Part shown: one piece after another, positions 27,273 to 32,000 of the stretch | How positions within the stretch are numbered: the stretch's first letter is position 1 | Layout: each line of letters starts with the position of its first letter | Origin: Cylindrospermopsis raciborskii Cr2010 | GTDB lineage: Bacteria; Cyanobacteriota; Cyanobacteriia; Cyanobacteriales; Nostocaceae | Direction: 5' to 3' | Assembly (NCBI RefSeq): GCF_003367075.2 | Contig: NZ_CP065936.1 | Location: 270,001 to 302,000, forward strand | DNA length: 32,000 nucleotides | Made by a program: the position numbers and the translations under genes | Notes under the pieces: generated by a model | Databases searched by the model: none | Told to the model about the DNA's origin: nothing | Seen by the model: only the letters and a program-made list of their open reading frames with translations

Positions 27273-27509
27273 TGCAAATAAAGTATAGACTAAACGCTTT
27301 AATTTTTTGCCATAGCTGGCCCATTACAATTATTAAACCCTCCGAGAGTGTCAGTTAGCAAAAAATTTATCAGAAATTATCTAATGTAGGATCATCCTGA
27401 CAAATGGGGTAGAAACTGCAAGAAAATTTTTCCCCATGTATTGACAAATCCTCATGAATGTTAATATTCTGAGGAATCGAGACACCCACAGGTAGGGATC
27501 AGGCTAAGC

Positions 27510-28361
27510 CTATCCCCGGTTCCAGGACACACCATGAGCTGCCAGGATCTGTTGGGCCTTGGTTATCCAAGTAAGGGGGAAACCCGCATCACGGTAGAGG
27601 GTGGCCGGGATCTTGTCCTTAATTTCTGCATGGAACTGGGGTAGTTCGCTCCAGTGGCGGCCACATTGGACATGGTGAGCCGTGTGGTAGCCCAGGTTGC
27701 AGGTAAAAAAGTTGTACCAGTGATCGGTGATATTATAGGTCGCTTTGTAGGGATCTTTCTCATCCAAACCCGCATGGTGCTCATAGGTGACATAGACTGT
27801 CATAAAGAGCAAAAAGGCCATGGGAAATACAAATTGGATCAGGGTATTGACACTGTTCACGGAAGCCAGAGCCAGAAGAACGAGCGCCGTGGCCACCATG
27901 TTTTGGATTAGCCTAACCCGGATTTTAGGATACTTTTTGCCCACCTTTAAGGCTTTAGGATAAGCTTGAGTTGTAACAGTCCACGCATATTCTAGGGGGG
28001 GCATTGTCCGGCCTTTCTCGTCTTTCCAGGCGGACTCATCCTTCGTTTGGTCAAGGTAGTTAACGTGGTGACCAAAGATATGGTGCAAAACCCAGGCTTC
28101 GCCGACAATTCCTGTTTGCAACCCCATCACTAGTTCCAGGGCGCGATTGGCCCACTCTGGATAAAAAAACTTGAGGTGCTGATGGTGGTGATTCCAGCAA
28201 CAAATGCAACCCTTAATATTTAAGCTAATCAACATCCAAATGATGGGTATAAGGGGGGAAGGGCTAAATAAGAAAACCGCTAAATCGACTCCTAGAACCA
28301 CAAGGATTGCTGCAATCAGATAAGCGTCTATTTTTTTTCTCAAGAACATATGGATGAACAA
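27510..28361 (-). CDS. Fatty acid desaturase-family membrane di-iron protein (short, substrate unknown)
   Basis: 283 aa (TTG at 28361; first ATG at 28349). Three histidine boxes, HHHQH, HHIFGHH and HTAHH, separated by hydrophobic helices. Confidence 0.85.
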   Translation of the reverse strand: MFIHMFLRKKIDAYLIAAILVVLGVDLAVFLFSPSPLIPIIWMLISLNIKGCICCWNHHHQHLKFFYPEWANRALELVMGLQTGIVGEAWVLHHIFGHHVNYLDQTKDESAWKDEKGRTMPPLEYAWTVTTQAYPKALKVGKKYPKIRVRLIQNMVATALVLLALASVNSVNTLIQFVFPMAFLLFMTVYVTYEHHAGLDEKDPYKATYNITDHWYNFFTCNLGYHTAHHVQCGRHWSELPQFHAEIKDKIPATLYRDAGFPLTWITKAQQILAAHGVSWNRG

Positions 28362-28666
28362 GGTTGTCGCAATGATACTATCGGTATCCCATGATCGAGG
28401 GCAATCTAGGGATTCCAGAGGTTTCCATTAATTCTACTTCCTTTGAGGGAAGTGCACCCCTCTATTTTAAGCTCTTACCCTGACTGGTGTCCAGACCCAC
28501 TTTGGGAAGGTCAGCAAATTTTCTTTTGTTTTTCACTGATTCCAAGAGGGGAAGCAGTCCCCTTGTATACATTTAACTCGTGGGCAGGGTTACGCCCTGT
28601 TTTATCAGGGTGCGAGATCCCGTAGGGAGTCCTTCCCCATCGCATTTATATATATCCTGTTGGTTT

Positions 28667-28767
28667 GTTGGGTTTCGTGCCTCAACCCAACCTACGATTA
28701 TCCACGACAAAACCAGTCGGTTTCCAACCGACTTGCGCTTTGAGACAGGGAATGAATTCCCTGTCTC
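28667..28767. repeat. Three consecutive short hairpin-forming palindromic elements (small dispersed repeat / MITE-like)
   Basis: GTTGGGTT-9nt-AACCCAAC (28667-28691), AGTCGGTT-TCC-AACCGACT (28714-28732), and GAGACAGGGAA-TGAA-TTCCCTGTCTC (28742-28767, 11-bp stem). The first resembles a GTTGGGTTTCG…CAACCCAACCTAC repeat I recall from Nostocales intergenic regions. Confidence 0.6.
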
Positions 28768-28804
28768 CCTGACAAATAGAGAAGTGCAATTGTTTTGAAG
28801 GTTG

Positions 28805-28832
28805 GGAACATAAAAAATTAGACTCAGTCTAA
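28805..28832 (+). promoter_or_regulatory. ECF-type promoter motif GGAAC-N17-GTCTAA upstream of the ECF sigma gene
   Basis: GGAAC at 28805-28809 and GTCTAA at 28827-28832, 18 nt before the first ATG (28850). The spacing and both boxes resemble generic ECF promoters (GGAAC … CGTC/GTCT). Confidence 0.35.
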
Positions 28833-28849
28833 TAGATAGAGATTATTTT

Positions 28850-29521
28850 ATGCCAGTGGGATCTATGAGTCAGTCTATTGCTGTATCCTGGTCAACTGTT
28901 GATGCCAATTATTCACAAGCATCGGTGCAAGTTGATAAACTCTCAAATCAGGATCTTATTTTGCGCTGTCAATCTGGACTGCGCCCGGACAAAGCAGCTT
29001 TTGCTGAATTGCTGCGCCGCTATCAGGCCCAGGTGGATAGGGTACTATATCACTTGGCTCCCGACTGGTCTGACAGAGCTGATTTGGCTCAGGAGGTGTG
29101 GATTCGAGTCTATCGGAACATTCACCGATTACAAGAACCTGCTAAATTTCGCGGTTGGTTAAGTCGAATTGCCACTAATTTGTTTTATGATGAGCTACGT
29201 AAGCGCAAAAGGTCTGGTAGTTCTTTGTCCCTAGATGCTCCTCGTTTAGCAGGGGATGGGGAAATGGATTGGGAAATTGCTAGCGATACACCAAGTCCGG
29301 AAGAACAACTCAGAACTAGGGAATTTTATGAGCAACTGCGGGAAGCTATTGCTGATTTACCAGAGATTTTTCGTACTACTATAGTCCTCAGAGAAATCGA
29401 AGGTTTAGCATACGAAGAAATTGCTCAAATTACTGGTGCTTCCCTAGGAACGGTCAAATCTAGAATAGCTAGAGCTCGTTCCCGACTGCAAAGCCAACTA
29501 CAAAGTTATCTGGATGGTTAA
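28850..29521 (+). CDS. ECF-type sigma-70 family RNA polymerase sigma factor (SigG-like)
   Basis: 223 aa. Region 2 (DLAQEVWIRVYRNIHRL…FRGWLSRIATNLFYDELRKR) and region 4 (IVLREIEGLAYEEIAQITGASLGTVKSRIARAR), with no region 1/3. Followed immediately by an anti-sigma gene. Alternative ATG at 28865. Confidence 0.9.
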   Translation: MPVGSMSQSIAVSWSTVDANYSQASVQVDKLSNQDLILRCQSGLRPDKAAFAELLRRYQAQVDRVLYHLAPDWSDRADLAQEVWIRVYRNIHRLQEPAKFRGWLSRIATNLFYDELRKRKRSGSSLSLDAPRLAGDGEMDWEIASDTPSPEEQLRTREFYEQLREAIADLPEIFRTTIVLREIEGLAYEEIAQITGASLGTVKSRIARARSRLQSQLQSYLDG

Positions 29522-30085
29522 GTGGATTCACAGGAAAATTCCTCTAGTTTACCCGTGGTTAAAGCGAATATGGATAGGTTTAATTATCAGGAATATCATG
29601 AAGGGGATCAGTTTGAACTGTTAAGCGCATACTTGGATGGTGAGGTTACAGCTACTGAACGTCAGCGGATAGAGCAGTGGTTGGCAACGGATGAATCCGG
29701 TAAGCGTTTGTACATGAAACTGCTAAGGTTGAGGCATGGTGTCCGATCCATGCCTGTGCCAAGCTGTTACGCTGCGTCTTCGGAGTTATTTGATCTTGTT
29801 TGGAAACGCATAATTTTCCGTCGTCGGATAAATTGGATGTGGGGTGGTGCTGCTATTGCAGCTTGTGTTATTGGTTCCCTATCAGGAATTTTGCCAGGAA
29901 ATACTTCCAGGTTACAACTAGCACAACAGAAGATAGATAGTGTCCAAACACAAGCACCAATCTCTCCTTTAATGGTCGCCCTCAATAACCCAATAGTTGA
30001 AATTCCCAAAACTGCTGTGGTGCGACCAGCAAAAATTGAGGAAATAGACTATATTCAAGAGGAGATGGAGTTTGAGGGGAATTAG
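29522..30085 (+). CDS. Single-pass membrane anti-sigma factor (SapG-like)
   Basis: 187 aa. N-terminal anti-sigma helix motif FELLSAYLDGEVTATERQRIEQWLATD and one TM helix (WMWGGAAIAACVIGSLSGIL). GTG start abutting the sigma TAA; alternative ATG at 29570. Confidence 0.75.
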   Translation: MDSQENSSSLPVVKANMDRFNYQEYHEGDQFELLSAYLDGEVTATERQRIEQWLATDESGKRLYMKLLRLRHGVRSMPVPSCYAASSELFDLVWKRIIFRRRINWMWGGAAIAACVIGSLSGILPGNTSRLQLAQQKIDSVQTQAPISPLMVALNNPIVEIPKTAVVRPAKIEEIDYIQEEMEFEGN

Positions 30086-30095
30086 GCAATTAGGC
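30080..30095. repeat. 8-nt tandem duplication AATTAGGC x2 at a convergent gene junction
   Basis: AATTAGGC at 30080-30087 and again at 30088-30095, read directly. The second copy abuts and overlaps HIP1 at 30094-30101. Confidence 0.9.
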
Positions 30096-32000
30096 GATCG
30101 CATTGAGAGCTGTAAATACTGGAGATGGCAAAAGGTCTTGCAAACTATGTGGTTTTGTCCATGTGAAGGGTGCTCTTTTCGCAGCGGACATCCAGAGGAG
30201 TTTTTTTGCTCTGGTCATGGCTACATATAGTAATCTGTATTCCTCTGCTAGTTTTAAATCTTTAGCTTCTTCCCATGCTTGTTTAAGCTCAAAAAGACTT
30301 TTGTTTGAGTTGTGATTGACATTTTGCTGGAAATTATTCATGGTTTCTGTCCCTTGATGGAGTGCAGTGCGAATTTGGGCGCGAGCAACTTCTGCTAGGC
30401 TAAAATCACCTAAGAATTGACTTTGGGGTTTTACCCACAATTTGCCAGGAATTAGATTTTCATGCAAAAAGGGTAGGAACACATAGTCCCAGTCTAGACC
30501 TTTGGCTTTGTGCATGGTGATAATTGTTAACTGACCTTTTTTTATATATTTATCTTCATGGTTTTCTGTATCCACCGCTTCAAATTTTTCCGAATTGACT
30601 ATTTCCACTAATGCATGAATTAGGGAACTTCTCGATCTATCCCCGGTAATTTGGAGATTAACTTTTTCTGCTAATTTATCTGCTGTAGCTAACTCCCCTT
30701 GATCATAGTTTAGACTTGAGGCCAAAAAGTAAATTATCTGATATACTGGTATTTCCCATGCTCCTTGCAATAAGTTCCTACATTGTTGAGCAGCTTCCTT
30801 AACTACTTGTGTTTGCACCTTAGTGAACGGTGTAGGATATAAAAATTCCTCGGGTAAAATTGCCAAGCTATTAACGTCTTGAGCAGCTATTAATTGTCTT
30901 TGCATCAGCACGGTTAATGCAGTTTTTAAAAAATCCTGGGAATGGGGGCGATCGCAAAACTGCAATAAAGCTAAGATTTCTTTTGGTACTTGGGAACGTC
31001 TTTCTGTTTCTGCTACCTCATATAGTTCGATATGATGCTGGTTACATATTGGTTCTATATTTTCTGCTAACCATTTACCTTGGCGATTTTCTCTCACTAA
31101 TATAGCAGCAGTACCTACATTAGTTTTGAATAGTTCTACAATCTTTTGACCTATCAGTTCAACAGTGTGATGAATGTCATCAGGTGTATGTAGTTCCAAT
31201 CCTTTTCCTACAGGTGCAGGATTGGCATCGGTTTGCGGATCACCAATATTGACGACTTGAATTTTCTGATTTAGGAATGGTGGTTTTTTTGGTGAATGAT
31301 TTTGTAGATTCCTTTTGGACCATTGGTGATTTACCCATTCCAGAACAAAGTTAGCCGCATCAATAATAATTCTACTACTGCGTCCAGCTTGGTTCATAGT
31401 TGCCAGTCTTTGTTCCCCAGCACATTGTTCACAAAATTCCCGAAAATAAATGGGATCTGCAGGCGTAAAAGTGGAATTAATAGCTTGATTAGAATCACCA
31501 ACCCTGACCAAATTCAAGGTTGTTTTTCCTCCGTTGCTATCTTTTCTTTCTGCCAATATTTCTAATAGTTGAGTTTGTAGCTGACTAGAGTCTTGTGCTT
31601 CGTCTTCAAAAACTGCAAAAATCTTATTTTTTTCAATTCGTAACGCACTGGGATTTTTGAAAACTTCTAAAGCTGCCAAAATCATATCATCATAATCAAT
31701 CAAACCTTGGGACTTCATTAACTTTTCATACTCCTCATATAGTCCCGCTGCAATCCGCAAAATTTGATAGGAGTTTTGAGTTTTCTCACTCCATTGATAG
31801 AGAGTTTCCGGTACAATCCCAGAACTTTTAGCCTCATGAATTGTGGTATAAGCTAAATCTGGCAAAATCTCCGTTCTTAAAACCGATTGACGACGCAGTT
31901 TCTCCGTTTCTTCCCCATCAAATTGGTGTCCTTCTAATAAACGATAATACATGGTGGGATGCTTGCTAATCCACTGCTCTACAGCTATACTAATTAAACG
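30090..32000 (-). CDS. UvrD/REP superfamily 1 DNA helicase, N-terminus beyond the right window edge
   Basis: The reading frame stays open through nt 32000 upstream of the first in-window ATG (31952). SF1 motifs: II VFEDEAQD, III VGDSNQAI, V TIITMHKAKGLDWDYVFL, VI LLYVAMTRAKKLL. Confidence 0.88.
   Translation of the reverse strand, partial: RLISIAVEQWISKHPTMYYRLLEGHQFDGEETEKLRRQSVLRTEILPDLAYTTIHEAKSSGIVPETLYQWSEKTQNSYQILRIAAGLYEEYEKLMKSQGLIDYDDMILAALEVFKNPSALRIEKNKIFAVFEDEAQDSSQLQTQLLEILAERKDSNGGKTTLNLVRVGDSNQAINSTFTPADPIYFREFCEQCAGEQRLATMNQAGRSSRIIIDAANFVLEWVNHQWSKRNLQNHSPKKPPFLNQKIQVVNIGDPQTDANPAPVGKGLELHTPDDIHHTVELIGQKIVELFKTNVGTAAILVRENRQGKWLAENIEPICNQHHIELYEVAETERRSQVPKEILALLQFCDRPHSQDFLKTALTVLMQRQLIAAQDVNSLAILPEEFLYPTPFTKVQTQVVKEAAQQCRNLLQGAWEIPVYQIIYFLASSLNYDQGELATADKLAEKVNLQITGDRSRSSLIHALVEIVNSEKFEAVDTENHEDKYIKKGQLTIITMHKAKGLDWDYVFLPFLHENLIPGKLWVKPQSQFLGDFSLAEVARAQIRTALHQGTETMNNFQQNVNHNSNKSLFELKQAWEEAKDLKLAEEYRLLYVAMTRAKKLLWMSAAKRAPFTWTKPHSLQDLLPSPVFTALNAIA

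Noticed and set aside
24434-27911. Numerous short ORFs antisense or out of frame to the 400-aa, M23, L,D-transpeptidase and desaturase genes (24434..24625, 25626..25862, 25893..26162, 26284..26466, 26399..26653, 26557..26778, 26639..26881, 26760..26981, 26995..27198, 27563..27793, 27654..27911)
   Set aside because: Each is nested in a longer ORF with clear catalytic motifs or a uniquely long open frame, so they are shadow frames.
28443-28798. ORFs 28443..28625 and 28580..28798, and the possibility of a CRISPR array
   Set aside because: The ORFs are translations of palindromic repeat elements (for example …VGFRASTQPT… from the GTTGGGTT…AACCCAAC unit). It is not CRISPR, because the hairpins differ from one another in sequence and are not separated by regular spacers.
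27510-29100. Apparent GC-rich patch (desaturase + spacer + 5' end of sigma gene) as a horizontally acquired island
   Set aside because: Hand counts over 60-nt lines gave about 48% GC for the desaturase gene. Sampled lines of infB (about 48%) and radA (about 45%) were similar, so it is not distinguishable from other well-conserved genes. HIP1 sites flank the region.
28878-31565. ORFs 28878..29162, 29767..30009, 30103..30315, 30917..31105 and 31323..31565
   Set aside because: These are alternative-frame or antisense shadows within the sigma, anti-sigma and helicase genes.
1-32000. Mobile element, prophage, toxin-antitoxin or defence island
   Set aside because: I recognised no transposase, integrase, recombinase, phage structural, restriction-modification, Cas or abortive-infection-type domains. 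The gene content is housekeeping, photosynthesis and cell envelope. The UvrD-like helicase is truncated by the window, so any system it belongs to would lie beyond nt 32000.

Overview
Chromosomal core-genome window from a cyanobacterium, most likely a filamentous Nostocales-type organism. The evidence is 16 copies of the HIP1 palindrome GCGATCGC, psbH/psbN, rpaB, and an AT-rich composition (about 40% GC by eye). I call 29 protein-coding genes, all apparently intact. They are: a 5'-truncated CPBP protease; a small hypothetical ORF; the minus-strand rimP-nusA-ylxR-infB operon; a pore-less voltage-sensor-like membrane protein; the complete dTDP-L-rhamnose operon rfbB-rfbA-rfbC-rfbD; radA; rpaB, translationally coupled to a tentatively CCB2/CCB4-like membrane protein; a membrane GTPase/DUF697-like protein; a compact minus-strand string psbH / tatA-pth-flavoprotein-lpxD; psbN (45 codons, absent from the ORF track); a GH38 alpha-mannosidase; an orphan 400-aa protein followed by an M23 peptidase and a convergent L,D-transpeptidase; a short desaturase-family membrane protein; an ECF sigma / anti-sigma pair; and the C-terminal ~636 codons of a UvrD-family helicase running off the right edge. 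I saw no rRNA, tRNA, CRISPR array, transposase, integrase, phage gene or recognisable defence gene, so this is not an obvious accessory island and I found no clear-cut new system. The observations most worth follow-up are: (1) the 464-aa protein at 7461-8855, which carries a full voltage-sensor charge-transfer signature but no pore; (2) an intrinsic-terminator-shaped hairpin 14 nt upstream of rimP, which by geometry must act as a leader attenuator of the rimP-nusA-ylxR-infB operon; (3) the orphan 400-aa / M23 / L,D-transpeptidase cell-wall cluster; (4) a stack of hairpin-forming short palindromic elements plus an ECF-type promoter motif upstream of the sigma/anti-sigma pair; (5) an unexplained 472-bp non-coding spacer between ylxR and infB. 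All functional calls rest on motif recognition by eye, because no database search or computation could be run.
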